A stretch of DNA of 60,920 bases, the filler included. It is 7 parts of 7 records of this genome, joined end to end, with 100 filler letters (N's around TTAATTAATTAA, not from the genome) between each part and the next. Parts side by side here need not be neighbours in the genome. Positions count along the whole stretch, not along the records: positions 1 to 13,712 come from SRR20825010_6241; positions 13,813 to 24,491 come from SRR20825010_6243; 5 more parts are not named here. One strand, written 5' to 3'. A program made the translations under genes and the position numbers. This document shows, one piece after another, positions 11,188 through 21,423 of the stretch. How positions within the stretch are numbered: the first letter of the stretch is position 1; every line of letters starts with the position of its first letter. The notes below the pieces were generated by a model. The model made no database searches. It saw only the letters and a list, made by a program, of their open reading frames with translations, and was not told where the DNA came from.

Positions 11188-11518
11188 AGTATAAGCGAAG
11201 AATATTGGGATGATGGAATTTGCAACGCCCCTGTTTATTAGGCTAGTTTATCTTTCAAGAATTAGTAAAACGTTTCATCATCAACAATCAAACTAATTCC
11301 GGCAATGTCTTTAGCAAAAGTTAGAAGATACTGCGTTTAGTGGCAAAACCAATCCATGTACTGGCAATCCAGCTAAGTAACCAGTTTTTTTAAAGATTGT
11401 AAGTGCTGTTTTGATTACCGTTGTGGTCAGCCAATATTCCAACAAACATCAAGAGAGCAATAATGCTCTCCTGAATTGTAGGGTATGCTCCTTGGTCTAC
11501 TTTAATATTTCAGCTGGT

Positions 11519-12829
11519 TTATTTCGATGAATCCCCAATATTTCTATAAACCTTTCCGCCCTTCATTACAAAGACCACATTATCCATGGTGGAAATAAAA
11601 TCATTTTCCAGATTTCCTTTTACTGCAATAATATCCGCATATGCCATAGGACTTATTGTGCCGATGTCCTTTTCTTTATTTAAGTGCATAGCAGAAATAT
11701 AAGTGGCGGACTGCAGGATATCAAGGGGTTTCATGCCGGCCTCAAAATAGGTTCGCAGCATATCTGTGGATGATTTACCACGACTGACTTCCATTTTGGT
11801 ATAATTATCGGAACCTGCCACAATGGGAACCCCTTTTTCAATAGCTGTCATTAACCTCTTTTTTCCTCTACTAATATATCCATTCACCCAATCCATGCCA
11901 TCTAAGTCATCACCTATTAATTTGGCGTAAGTTTCCATATAAGACCTGCTGTTTTCCGTAGGAACAAGAAAAATCTTTTTTTTAGCCATGAGGGTCAATG
12001 TAGAATCGGTTAAGTTGAATCCATGTTCAATACCGTCCACACCAGCCTCTATGGCATTTCTTGCAGATTCATTGGTAATACAGTGTGCAGTTACAGTGAG
12101 GTCATATGCATGGGCCATTTCAACTATGGCAGACATTTCTTCTATGGTCAAAAATGCTTTGTTGGGAAGGTTGTCCGCACAAATTTTAATGAGGTCCACA
12201 TTTTGGTTAACGTGTTCCCGGACAGCATTTTTTGCATCTTCAGAAGATTTAATGATTCTATATTCCAGATCAATAATATTTTGATGCTGATGTGTTACTC
12301 CATAAACTTGACCTCCAACAGCACTTAAAATAGGGCCGGCGGCAAAGATTCGTGGACCATCAATGGTTCCCTCATTAATTGCATCGCGAAGGGCCACATC
12401 CAAATACAGCCCAGAATTGCCCAAATCCTTAATACTGGTGATTCCTTCCTCTAGATAGCTTTCTGCTCTTTTGGCTCCCCGTAAAGCCCGTAATGCATCA
12501 CTTTCCATGGTAAGGGTCTGTATACTGTGGTCTGCAAAATCTTCATTGGCCTCTTGGGAAAAAAGAACATGGGTATGAGCATCGATCAATCCGGGAAGAA
12601 CTGTATAATCGGACAGGTCAATTACCTTTTTGTCTTTGTCCATCTTACGGAACCCGGTAATGGATTTTATTGTGGAGCCTTGAATATGAATAATCTTGTT
12701 GGGCAATAATTGATTGCTCTTACTGTCATACAAAAAGCCGGCCTTGATGAAAACATCACTTTGTTGCCCAATTGATTTGGTGTGAGGGTATAAGAAAATC
12801 AGCAGGAAAATAACGAGTACTCTGGTCAT
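11519..12829 (-). CDS. Secreted metal-dependent amidohydrolase (Xaa-Pro dipeptidase-like)
   Basis: PGLIDAHTH, LIKI, TAH, IEHG, GSD metal ligands; signal peptide. Confidence 0.88.
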   Translation of the reverse strand: MTRVLVIFLLIFLYPHTKSIGQQSDVFIKAGFLYDSKSNQLLPNKIIHIQGSTIKSITGFRKMDKDKKVIDLSDYTVLPGLIDAHTHVLFSQEANEDFADHSIQTLTMESDALRALRGAKRAESYLEEGITSIKDLGNSGLYLDVALRDAINEGTIDGPRIFAAGPILSAVGGQVYGVTHQHQNIIDLEYRIIKSSEDAKNAVREHVNQNVDLIKICADNLPNKAFLTIEEMSAIVEMAHAYDLTVTAHCITNESARNAIEAGVDGIEHGFNLTDSTLTLMAKKKIFLVPTENSRSYMETYAKLIGDDLDGMDWVNGYISRGKKRLMTAIEKGVPIVAGSDNYTKMEVSRGKSSTDMLRTYFEAGMKPLDILQSATYISAMHLNKEKDIGTISPMAYADIIAVKGNLENDFISTMDNVVFVMKGGKVYRNIGDSSK

Positions 12830-12865
12830 GTCCAGCTCAATTTAAGAAATTTTTTACGGCTATAC

Positions 12866-13513
12866 TTAGTTTTCATCAATCACATTTCCGCTTCCCAAGA
12901 TATTTTTGGTTACGTGTGGATTTCCTTTGTAGAATACTTTGGCACTGCCATCGATTTTCACATCAAGTTCGTCCGTACAGCTGATTTCTACATCTCCGGA
13001 ACCCATAATAGCTATTGAACACTTATCGGCTAAAAATGAAAATCCGGAAATTCTGCCACTTCCTTCGTTTTCTATACGTAATGTGTTTGATGTTCCTGAG
13101 AGACTGATGTCGCCAGAACCCAAATTATCCAAATAAAACTCTGGACTTTCCACGTTGGCAACTTTCAATGTGCCAGAACCTTTATTGGCAACACCGTTCA
13201 ATCCTTTTGCCATAATTTCGACGCTGACATCAATATTTTTATAGTTATGTCCCGAAGTAAGGTAAATTTCCAAGACACCGTCTTTGATTTCTGTTTTAAC
13301 AAGGCCGATGATGTTGTCATCGGCCGTTATTTTTACACTTTGGGCATTACCTTGAACAATGTTCACATTTGCTATTCCATCCACTGAAATAGCGATAAAT
13401 GCATTGAGTTCCCTGTTTTCAGTAGTGAGCACACCTGAACCGGAGATATCATCCGATGTACATGATACAAGGGACATCACTACTAATACTATTCCAACAA
13501 TACTATTCTTCAT
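12866..13513 (-). CDS. GIN-domain (DUF2807) lipoprotein
   Basis: Lipobox LVSC; repeated GSG beta-helix turns; YKGNP C-terminus. Confidence 0.85.
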   Translation of the reverse strand: MKNSIVGIVLVVMSLVSCTSDDISGSGVLTTENRELNAFIAISVDGIANVNIVQGNAQSVKITADDNIIGLVKTEIKDGVLEIYLTSGHNYKNIDVSVEIMAKGLNGVANKGSGTLKVANVESPEFYLDNLGSGDISLSGTSNTLRIENEGSGRISGFSFLADKCSIAIMGSGDVEISCTDELDVKIDGSAKVFYKGNPHVTKNILGSGNVIDEN

Positions 13514-13516
13514 TTT

Positions 13517-13712
13517 CTATTTTGATTGATTTTCCTTGCTTATGTCCTTGAAAAAAAGCATTTCTTTAATTCTTTTTGAAGCTCCATCATAGAATCCAGT
13601 TTCATGTGAATAACCCTTGGGGTTATTGAAAGTGCCAAAGATGATATCGAAAATGGGCAGGTCGGAATAATTGTACGCATGTATACCCTTGGCATGGTGC
13701 ACGGTATGGCTT
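13517..13712 (-). CDS. Sterol desaturase/fatty-acid hydroxylase family, C-terminal fragment (cut by contig end)
   Basis: Frame extends to SHTVHH (HxxHH) followed by NYSDLPIFDIIFGTF. Confidence 0.8.
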
Positions 13713-13812
13713 NNNNNNNNNNNNNNNNNNNNNNNNNNNNNNNNNNNNNNNNNNNNTTAATTAATTAANNNNNNNNNNNNNNNNNNNNNNNNNNNNNNNN
13801 NNNNNNNNNNNN
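13713..13812. other. Artificial contig spacer
   Basis: N44-TTAATTAATTAA-N44. Confidence 0.99.
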
Positions 13813-15225
13813 GAAAATATCTTTATTTATTGCGTCTAATAGATAATATGTGCCATACCCTAAAATAGTAGTTTCAATTTTATCTGTCCATAAACGAGAC
13901 CAAGAAGCTCCTCCCAGTAAACTACGCTGGTCTAATTTACTGGTTTTAGATTGTGAATTGGTTTTTAAGGTTTCTGTGAAATCAAGTGAATTAGCAATGG
14001 TCATTAAATTAATTCGGAATTTATTTTTTTCCGAAGCATCCCACAGCAACTTACTGCTGAAATCATAAAAATTAAAGTTTTCATTTGTGTTTACAGCGAG
14101 GCTATTTTCAACATCTGAAATTTCACTATCTTGAAAAATTCGTTTAGTATAATTCGTATAAACAGGCGACTCCCAAAGATCGTTTATGGACTTTCTTGCT
14201 GTAATATGCAGGCTTAGTTTTTTAGAAATAGACATATCTAAAAATCCATTTGCGTTTACTAAATTAAATCCCAATCCAGCTTCAGTTTTTTTGGATATTG
14301 TATTGTTTGAACGCATGTCTAATACTCCAGAAACCCCTTCGCCATAACGAATGTTTGTACCATTTTTATAAATGGTTACCTTTTTGGTGATATCTGGATT
14401 AAAAGCAGAAATAAGACCAAAAAAATGCCCGCTTTGATACATTCTAATATCGTCCCAAAGAAGTAAGTTTTCATCGTGGGTTCCGCCGCGAATATTAATA
14501 TTCGATATGGTTTCATCTACGCTTTGAATTCCTGGCAATGCTTGTGTAATTTGTAGAATATCATTTTCTACTTGCCCAGGTAATAATCCGAAATCAGGGG
14601 TGGAGAGCAAAATGGAGCCGTCTTTGTTCTTGGCTATTCCTTGGGTAAAAATATTTTGAACAATAACAGTTTCCAACATTGAAACTGTTGAAGTCATTAA
14701 AATTTCAGGGCAATTTGCAGTTAACTCTGAGGTGTTTTTTATGAGTAAAGAATACCCAATATGTGAGACTGTAAAAGTGCTGTTTTTTGCTTCAAAAGGA
14801 ATGTAAAAATATCCATCGGTATTAGAAACCGTACTATAATCATTTGCTTCAAAAATAATATTTGCACCTTCCAATGGAAATTGCGTCACTAAATCAACAA
14901 TTCGACCGCAAAGCATATTTTCATTCGCTTTTGAAGTTATTGTAATATACCTTTCATTGATTTTGTTATAAAGAAGTGGTGTTTTTTCTTGAAGGTAAAA
15001 TAGAATTTTCGCTAATGATTTATCTTCTATTTGTGGAATATTTATAGTTATTCCTTCCACATTTTCTTTTACAAAGGAAAAGCGAACTTTATATTCTTTT
15101 TCAAGAGTTTTTAGATAAGACAAAAGTGTACTTTCTTTGTTTTCCTGAGCATTTAAAATAGGGCATACAAAAACAAAGGCAACACAAAAAAGTATAATTT
15201 TAAAACTATTTATTCCTTTTGGCAT
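13813..15225 (-). CDS. TonB-dependent receptor/transducer, 3' truncated
   Basis: Signal peptide, N-terminal extension, carboxypeptidase-regulatory-like domain (PLEGANI..DGYF), plug (LPGIQS..NIRGG..DENL); follows fecR. Confidence 0.88.
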
Positions 15226-16120
15226 AAATACTTATTTCCCCTTTGTTATTTGATTCATAATTTAACTGAAGGGGTTCACAGATTGATTTTAATGCAAATT
15301 CAAGATTATTATGAGTAAAGCTACCGGTGAACCTTTTTTCGGAACTAGTGCTAACTATTACTTTAATAGGGTATTGTCTTTGCAATTCATTTATAACAAC
15401 CGATAAAGGAGCGTTTTCGAAACTACTTTCTGAAGCTACCCAGTTTGGTGATTTATTGTCCGTTGCTTCATTAAATACCAGACTTCCATTTTCAACCTGA
15501 ATTTTATTTCCAGCTGATACTTTGATTAATGAATCGTTGAAAGTGACGCTAACCAAACCTTCAAAACAAGCTACTATAAACAATCCATCTCGTGCAAAAA
15601 CATTAAATTGTGTACCCAATACACTCACAATGCCTTCAGTAGTTTTTACACTGAATTTATTTCCTTTGGTAACCTTAAAATAGGCTTCGCCATCTAGAGA
15701 AAGTTCACGCAATTGGCCCCAATTTTTTTTATTGTAAGTAATTTTTGAATCTGCATTTAAAATTACTTCAGAAGTATCTGGCAATGAAAAAGTCTGGGTT
15801 TGTGCAATTTCAGTGTTTATGGAGGTGTTTAAAGTGGTAGTGTAATAATAGCTCACAAGAGCCAATGTAAAAATAGCAGCTACTTTCCATGCTATTGAAA
15901 AAATAGCTTGCTTTTTAAGTTTTTGTACAGGTTTAATTCTATTTGAAATTGCTTTAAAGTTTGCTTGATGATTACTGTTTGGAGTATCAAAATCTTCACT
16001 AGCTAGAGCTATTTTTAGATAAGTATTGTATTCTGGGTCAGTTTTTAATAGCTCTAGTTCCTCTTTAGAAGCCTCATTATTTAACCATTTATGCAGTAAG
16101 TAGTTTTTTTCCATTTTCAT
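15206..16120 (-). CDS. FecR-family anti-sigma factor
   Basis: Single TM; LPDTSEVILNADS, LDGEAYFKV, VLGTQFNV. Confidence 0.93.
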   Translation of the reverse strand: MKMEKNYLLHKWLNNEASKEELELLKTDPEYNTYLKIALASEDFDTPNSNHQANFKAISNRIKPVQKLKKQAIFSIAWKVAAIFTLALVSYYYTTTLNTSINTEIAQTQTFSLPDTSEVILNADSKITYNKKNWGQLRELSLDGEAYFKVTKGNKFSVKTTEGIVSVLGTQFNVFARDGLFIVACFEGLVSVTFNDSLIKVSAGNKIQVENGSLVFNEATDNKSPNWVASESSFENAPLSVVINELQRQYPIKVIVSTSSEKRFTGSFTHNNLEFALKSICEPLQLNYESNNKGEISIYAKRNK

Positions 16121-16135
16121 TGTGTTATAGCTGTA

Positions 16136-16161
16136 ACAATTAGATAACTAATTACCCTACC
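16136..16161 (-). promoter_or_regulatory. Candidate ECF promoter for fecR-TBDR
   Basis: GGTAGGGT-N14-TTGT on the minus strand; same motif and spacing at 16729 and 19174. Confidence 0.7.
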
Positions 16162-16168
16162 TAAATTA

Positions 16169-16678
16169 TTAAATATTACCAATTTCTTTTCGGAGTGTTG
16201 CTAAGGCTAGGCTCATTCTTTTTTCTACAGCTTTTACAGAAATGCCTAACATTTCCGCAATTTCTACATACTTTTTTCTTTCAATTCGATTTAATAAAAA
16301 AACAGTGCGTTGGCCTTCAGTAAGATTTTCAAGTGAATTTTTAAGTTTTTCGTGAAACTGTTTTTCTTCCATTAAAAACTCTGGAGATTGGTAATCGTTT
16401 TTTTTTACTTGGTTTTTCACATGCTTTAAAACCACCTTTTTGTGGGCCACTTCATTTAAAAATGCATTGTTGCAAACAGTATATAAAAAAGATTTTGCTT
16501 TTTCCTTACTTACCTTTGCACAGTTTTGCCACAATTTGATAAATGCTTCCTGGACTAAGTCATCAGCTTGGGCGGAGTCACCACACTTGAAATAAATAAA
16601 TCGCCAAACAGGTTTTCCATGGTTTTCATATATATGATTGAATATATTTTCATTACAAATATTTTCAGATTCTTTCAT
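16169..16678 (-). CDS. ECF RNA polymerase sigma-70 factor (FecI-like)
   Basis: ADDLVQEAFIKLW region 2; YVEIAEMLGISVKAVEKRM region 4; next to fecR. Confidence 0.95.
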   Translation of the reverse strand: MKESENICNENIFNHIYENHGKPVWRFIYFKCGDSAQADDLVQEAFIKLWQNCAKVSKEKAKSFLYTVCNNAFLNEVAHKKVVLKHVKNQVKKNDYQSPEFLMEEKQFHEKLKNSLENLTEGQRTVFLLNRIERKKYVEIAEMLGISVKAVEKRMSLALATLRKEIGNI

Positions 16679-16728
16679 ACTAGAAGTTGAGGGTATTCAA
16701 ATATATTTAAAAATAATTCAACAACTAT

Positions 16729-16754
16729 GGTAGGGTAAATTATAATTTAGTTGT
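16729..16754 (+). promoter_or_regulatory. Candidate ECF promoter for lipoprotein genes 16785/18601
   Basis: GGTAGGGT-N14-TTGT, 30 bp before the start. Confidence 0.7.
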
Positions 16755-16784
16755 TTCTTTAACAAACAGCTAAAAATCTATTAT

Positions 16785-18548
16785 TTGAAAAAATTACAAT
16801 TTTTATACTTTTTCTTTATGCTTTTTTTGAGCATTACAATTTTTTCTTGCCAAAAAGAAGAGAAAGTTCTTATTGAAGAAACAGGTGAAGAAACCATTAG
16901 TGTAAATTCTCCATTTATAAATTTATTATTGCGTACCACTCAAAATCCAGGTACTTATGATGATATAATTGACGGAAATGGTTGCGCGGCTGTATTACTT
17001 CCTGTAACAGTTATTGCTAATGGACAACGAATTACTGTCAATACCCCAGAGGATATATTGATTGTAAAACAAATTTTCAACCTTTTTCCTAATGATACGG
17101 ATGTTTTAGAGATCTCGTTTCCTATTACATTGGAGTTTTTTGATTTTACACAAGCTCGTGTGAATAACCAAAATGAATTGGAAGTATTTGCAGCATCATG
17201 TAGTACAAACGATGTGGAAATTGGTTGCTTGGATTTTGTATATCCTATTTCTTTTTTTACATATAATGCAGACCAACAACAGTCAGGGAAAGCAATATTG
17301 AGTGATGATTTCGAATTGTTTAGTTTTCTTAAAAATGTGGGTCCTGATAATTATTTAAGATTAGATTTTCCTATTTCGATAACTCTTTTTGATAATTCGA
17401 CGGTAGCAGTAAGTAGCAACCAGCAATTACAAAATTTGATTGATGAATGTATCATAAACTCAAACAACAATACTATAAATATAACACAATTTGAAGAGGA
17501 TTTAACAACTGATGTTTGGTATGTTAATTACTTTTTTGATGATTATGATGAAACTGATAATTTTGCTGGGTATGAATTTTCATTTGCGTTAAATGGTTCT
17601 GCCCAAGCTATAAAATCAGGTGTGCCTATAGCTGGAACATGGGCTCTTATTGACGATTTTAAGTTAGATCTTTTCTTTGGAGCTGACACTCCTTTAGATG
17701 AATTGGATGAAGATTGGGAAATACTTGAGGCTACAGCAACAATTATTAAATTGAAGCATATCAGCGGAAACGATGGCAGTATTGATTATTTAACTTTTGG
17801 GCGTATACCAAATACTGGCGGGAACAATTCTGAACTTAATCTTTTTATTGAAAACCTTATTACTGGTAATTGGTTTGTAAACTTATTAGAAGAAAATGGA
17901 ACCAATTACACCGTTGATTTTGATGTTTATGAATTTACTTTCTTCAAAAATGGTTCTGCAATTGCAGTGAGTAATAACAACTCAATAAATGGGTTTTGGA
18001 CTGCTAGTATAGAAAATAACGACATACATTTTATAACAAATTTTGAAACTGGACCCAACCCTAATTTTTCTAAATTAAATGATGATTGGGATATACAGGA
18101 AACTACTCAGAATATTATTAAACTTTCTGATACTAGTAGTGGAGGAAGTGGAATGAATTACTTAACCTTTGGTAGAGAACCAAATGGTGGAGGTGGAGGT
18201 AGCCCTGATCCACAGGTACTTCGTGATGTTCTTGAATCCGGAACTTGGTATATTGAGAAGTTCTTAGACGATGGTGACGATGAAACTTCAGATTATAATG
18301 GATATGATTTCAATTTTTATAGCAATCAAACTATTTATGCAACCAATGGAACAGAAAATGTAGATGGAACATGGATAATTACTGTAGCAGGGCAAGAACT
18401 CAATTTTGAATTCGATATGGACAGTCCAATTAATGGTGCCGACGATGATGAATATAAAGCCTTGCAGTATTCATCAACTTCAGTAACTTTTATTACCCGA
18501 AATAGCCAAGGTCAGATTGAAGACACCTTGGTTTTCAAGAAGAATTAA
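16785..18548 (+). CDS. Acidic lipoprotein with three lipocalin-like repeats
   Basis: Lipobox IFSC-QKEE; CLDFVYPI N-terminal module; three W..D.DET..GY.F.F..GTW..DW..LTF repeats. Confidence 0.75.
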   Translation: MKKLQFLYFFFMLFLSITIFSCQKEEKVLIEETGEETISVNSPFINLLLRTTQNPGTYDDIIDGNGCAAVLLPVTVIANGQRITVNTPEDILIVKQIFNLFPNDTDVLEISFPITLEFFDFTQARVNNQNELEVFAASCSTNDVEIGCLDFVYPISFFTYNADQQQSGKAILSDDFELFSFLKNVGPDNYLRLDFPISITLFDNSTVAVSSNQQLQNLIDECIINSNNNTINITQFEEDLTTDVWYVNYFFDDYDETDNFAGYEFSFALNGSAQAIKSGVPIAGTWALIDDFKLDLFFGADTPLDELDEDWEILEATATIIKLKHISGNDGSIDYLTFGRIPNTGGNNSELNLFIENLITGNWFVNLLEENGTNYTVDFDVYEFTFFKNGSAIAVSNNNSINGFWTASIENNDIHFITNFETGPNPNFSKLNDDWDIQETTQNIIKLSDTSSGGSGMNYLTFGREPNGGGGGSPDPQVLRDVLESGTWYIEKFLDDGDDETSDYNGYDFNFYSNQTIYATNGTENVDGTWIITVAGQELNFEFDMDSPINGADDDEYKALQYSSTSVTFITRNSQGQIEDTLVFKKN

Positions 18549-18600
18549 AAACCAAGTTAAAGCATTTTTTAATCAAGTATTAATATAAAATTTATAAACT

Positions 18601-19065
18601 ATGAAAATTCTATTGAAAGTAATTCTTGTAATTTTTGTTTACACTGGCTTGGCAATGTCTTGTGATAAAGATGATGACAATGCACAACAGCAAACCGATG
18701 TTTCGCAAACCATAAATACAGTCCAGAACGGTACTTGGAAAATCACTTACTTTTTTGATTCAGATCAAGTAGAAACTGATCATTTTAAGGGCTATGTTTT
18801 TACATTTAATGCAAATGGCTCTTTGATAGCAGAAAAAGGAAGCACCACTATAACAGGAACCTGGTCTGTAACAGATAGCAACTCTAGTGATGATGATGGA
18901 GGTTCAGGAGATACGGATTTTAATATGTTCTTTGCCTCACCTGCAGATTTTGAAGATCTTTCAGATGATTGGGATATTATTTCTATTAGCAACTCTAAAA
19001 TTGAACTTACTGATGTTAGCGGGGGTAATGGAGGGACAGATTTTTTAACTTTTGAAAAAATCTAG
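18601..19065 (+). CDS. Acidic lipoprotein with a single copy of the same repeat
   Basis: Lipobox AMSC-DKDDD; GTWKITYFFD..LSDDWD..SGGNGGTDFLTF. Confidence 0.8.
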   Translation: MKILLKVILVIFVYTGLAMSCDKDDDNAQQQTDVSQTINTVQNGTWKITYFFDSDQVETDHFKGYVFTFNANGSLIAEKGSTTITGTWSVTDSNSSDDDGGSGDTDFNMFFASPADFEDLSDDWDIISISNSKIELTDVSGGNGGTDFLTFEKI

Positions 19066-19090
19066 AAACAGAATTTTTGCAAACTCTTTT

Positions 19091-19119
19091 AAGCCATCCT
19101 ATTTAAGGATGGTTTTTTT
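19091..19119 (+). terminator. Intrinsic terminator
   Basis: AAGCCATCCT-ATTTA-AGGATGGTTT followed by T tract. Confidence 0.8.
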
Positions 19120-19173
19120 ATACCATTTTTTTTGTCAATTTCTCTGTTCAATATAAAAAAATACAAATAATAT

Positions 19174-19199
19174 GGTAGGGTTTTCTTTAGGTAGTCTGT
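19174..19199 (+). promoter_or_regulatory. Candidate ECF promoter for lipoprotein gene 19232
   Basis: GGTAGGGT-N14-CTGT downstream of the terminator; TATGGTAGGGT identical to 16726-16736. Confidence 0.7.
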
Positions 19200-19231
19200 C
19201 TCATTCATATATAACATAAAAACACACAATC

Positions 19232-20731
19232 ATGAATAAATTAACCAAATTCACATTTTTAGCTTTCTTATTAATTTTTTTGGTAAGCTCTTGTGCAAAA
19301 GAAGATTCCCAGCCTTTTGATGATTCAGACTCGAATATAGTAGCTGTAAATTCCGAATTAGGAGATTTGTTGCTTCGTACTTCAGACAATAATAGCTCAA
19401 CTTCAATAGACTGTATAGACCTTGTTTATCCGCTCACGTTCTTTATTTACAATTCAAATCAACAGCAAACGGGTAGTCAAACTGTTGGGAATGATGGTGA
19501 GCTCTTAGCTTTATTACTTTCCTTAGAGAATGGAACTTATATTGCTTTACAGTTTCCTGTTACCGTTGTATTGCAGGACGGCTCTACCATGCAAGTTAAT
19601 AACAATGCAGAATTAGTAACATTAATTTCTGGTTGTTCATCCAACGGAGGTGGTTTTCCTTCAGATTTTGAAAGTATATTAACTACAGGTTCATGGTTTG
19701 TTACCTATTTTTTTGATGATCAAGATGAAACGGGTGATTTTGCAGGATATGAATTTACCTTTACAGCAAACAATACGGCCAAAGCAGTAAGCTCTACGAA
19801 TACAGTTGATGGAACTTGGAACTTAACAAATAGTAATACCCCAGATCTAAATCTTTTTTTCGGAATCAATGATCCTTTTGATGAGCTTGATGAAGATTGG
19901 GATATTATAGAAGCAACTCAAGATATCATTAAACTGAAGCACATTAGTGGAGGAGATGGTAGTGTAGATTTTCTAACATATGAACGTACACCTAATGGAG
20001 GTGGGGGAAACACTACTGAATTTACCGATATTTTAACAAGTAGTGTGTGGTATGTAAATCTTTTAGAGGATGATGGAAATAATGAAACCTGTGATTATGT
20101 GGCGTATGAGTTCGCATTCAATGCAAATAAAACCGTTACCGCTACAAGCACAAACAACACAGTTAATGGTACATGGGCAACTACTAATAGCAATAGCGGC
20201 ATAGACCTTATTCTAAATTTTGAAATAACAGGTAACGACGATCCTTTTGATGATTTAAATGACGATTGGGATTTAACAAGTTTTGATAGCCAAATTATTA
20301 AGCTAATTGATATTAGTGGCGGTAATGGTGGCACAGATTATCTTAATTTTGGAAGAAACCCTTATGATGGTTGTAATGGCGGAGGAAACACTACAGAGCT
20401 AACAAATATTTTAAAAGATGGAAAATGGTTTGTGCAAAGTTATATAGATGATGGAGACGATGAAACCAATGATTATAACGGTTATACGCTTACTTTTAAA
20501 CAAGATGGAACTGTACTTGCTGAAAATACCAACAATACAATAAATGGAACTTGGAGTGTGGTAAACAGCAATGATGGGCTTGATGTAATTTTAGATTTTG
20601 GAGCAGCAATACCTTTTGATGAATTTAATGATGATTGGGATGTTGAGACTTATACAAATACCCGAGTTGAACTCTTTGATATTAGCGGTGGTAATGGTGG
20701 TACTGATTATTTAATTTTTCAAAAGCTATAG
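19232..20731 (+). CDS. Acidic lipoprotein with three lipocalin-like repeats (paralog of 16785)
   Basis: Lipobox VSSC-AKEDS; CIDLVYPL module; three repeats ending ISGG(D/N)G..D(F/Y)L. Confidence 0.8.
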   Translation: MNKLTKFTFLAFLLIFLVSSCAKEDSQPFDDSDSNIVAVNSELGDLLLRTSDNNSSTSIDCIDLVYPLTFFIYNSNQQQTGSQTVGNDGELLALLLSLENGTYIALQFPVTVVLQDGSTMQVNNNAELVTLISGCSSNGGGFPSDFESILTTGSWFVTYFFDDQDETGDFAGYEFTFTANNTAKAVSSTNTVDGTWNLTNSNTPDLNLFFGINDPFDELDEDWDIIEATQDIIKLKHISGGDGSVDFLTYERTPNGGGGNTTEFTDILTSSVWYVNLLEDDGNNETCDYVAYEFAFNANKTVTATSTNNTVNGTWATTNSNSGIDLILNFEITGNDDPFDDLNDDWDLTSFDSQIIKLIDISGGNGGTDYLNFGRNPYDGCNGGGNTTELTNILKDGKWFVQSYIDDGDDETNDYNGYTLTFKQDGTVLAENTNNTINGTWSVVNSNDGLDVILDFGAAIPFDEFNDDWDVETYTNTRVELFDISGGNGGTDYLIFQKL

Positions 20732-20755
20732 TTTTCTTTATTGATCCCCACATTT

Positions 20756-20782
20756 AAGCCATGGTTTTCCATGGCTTTTTTT
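20756..20782 (+). terminator. Intrinsic terminator between convergent genes
   Basis: AAGCCATGG-TTTT-CCATGGCTT plus T tract. Confidence 0.8.
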
Positions 20783-20796
20783 ATTCAAAAAAGTCT

Positions 20797-21423
20797 TTAA
20801 TCAAGATGATAAATCTCCATAATGTCTTTAAGTACTTTATCGAAATCTATTTTTAAATCAATAAGTTTTCCCGTTGCCATATCCATCACCCAGCCATGAA
20901 CGGTAATATTTCTGCTTCGATATGCAATCTGAACATCAGCAGTTTTTATAACATTTACACATTGTTCTTGTACGTTTAGTTCAACCAACCTACGGTATTT
21001 TTGTTCTTCATCTGTAATAGCATTCAATTCGTTGTTATGCAACCTATAAACATCGCGGATATTACGTAACCAAGGGTTTAGAATACCCAAATCCTGACTT
21101 TGCATTGCTGCTTTTACACCTCCACAACCATAATGGCCACAGATAATTATATGGTTTACTTTTAGATGGCTTACGGCATAATTAATAACACTCATTGCGC
21201 TGAGGTCTAGGTTTGAAACCATGTTTGCAATATTGCGCAATACAAACGCTTCTCCAGGTTTGGCGCCCATAATCTCTTCGGCGGTTACGCGGCTGTCGCT
21301 ACAGCCTATGTATAGTACTTCTGGAGCTTGCCCTTCAGATAAGTTTTTAAAATAATCTGGGTCAATACCTAGCTTTTCGTTCACCCAGGCTTGATTGTTT
21401 TTAAATATTTGATCTATATTCAT
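20797..21423 (-). CDS. can: Beta-class carbonic anhydrase
   Basis: CSDSRV, RNIAN, GHYGCGG zinc ligands. Confidence 0.95.
   Translation of the reverse strand: MNIDQIFKNNQAWVNEKLGIDPDYFKNLSEGQAPEVLYIGCSDSRVTAEEIMGAKPGEAFVLRNIANMVSNLDLSAMSVINYAVSHLKVNHIIICGHYGCGGVKAAMQSQDLGILNPWLRNIRDVYRLHNNELNAITDEEQKYRRLVELNVQEQCVNVIKTADVQIAYRSRNITVHGWVMDMATGKLIDLKIDFDKVLKDIMEIYHLD

Noticed and set aside
11220-11430. CAACG...CGTTG ends with an internal GAATTAGT/ACTAATTC inverted repeat, attC-like appearance
   Set aside because: Pairing too poor, no second copy and no integrase
17480-20700. Recurrent GATTGGGA and GGTAATGG nucleotide repeats as a possible CRISPR or DGR
   Set aside because: They are in-frame coding repeats of the lipoprotein domain; no spacer periodicity, cas genes or reverse transcriptase
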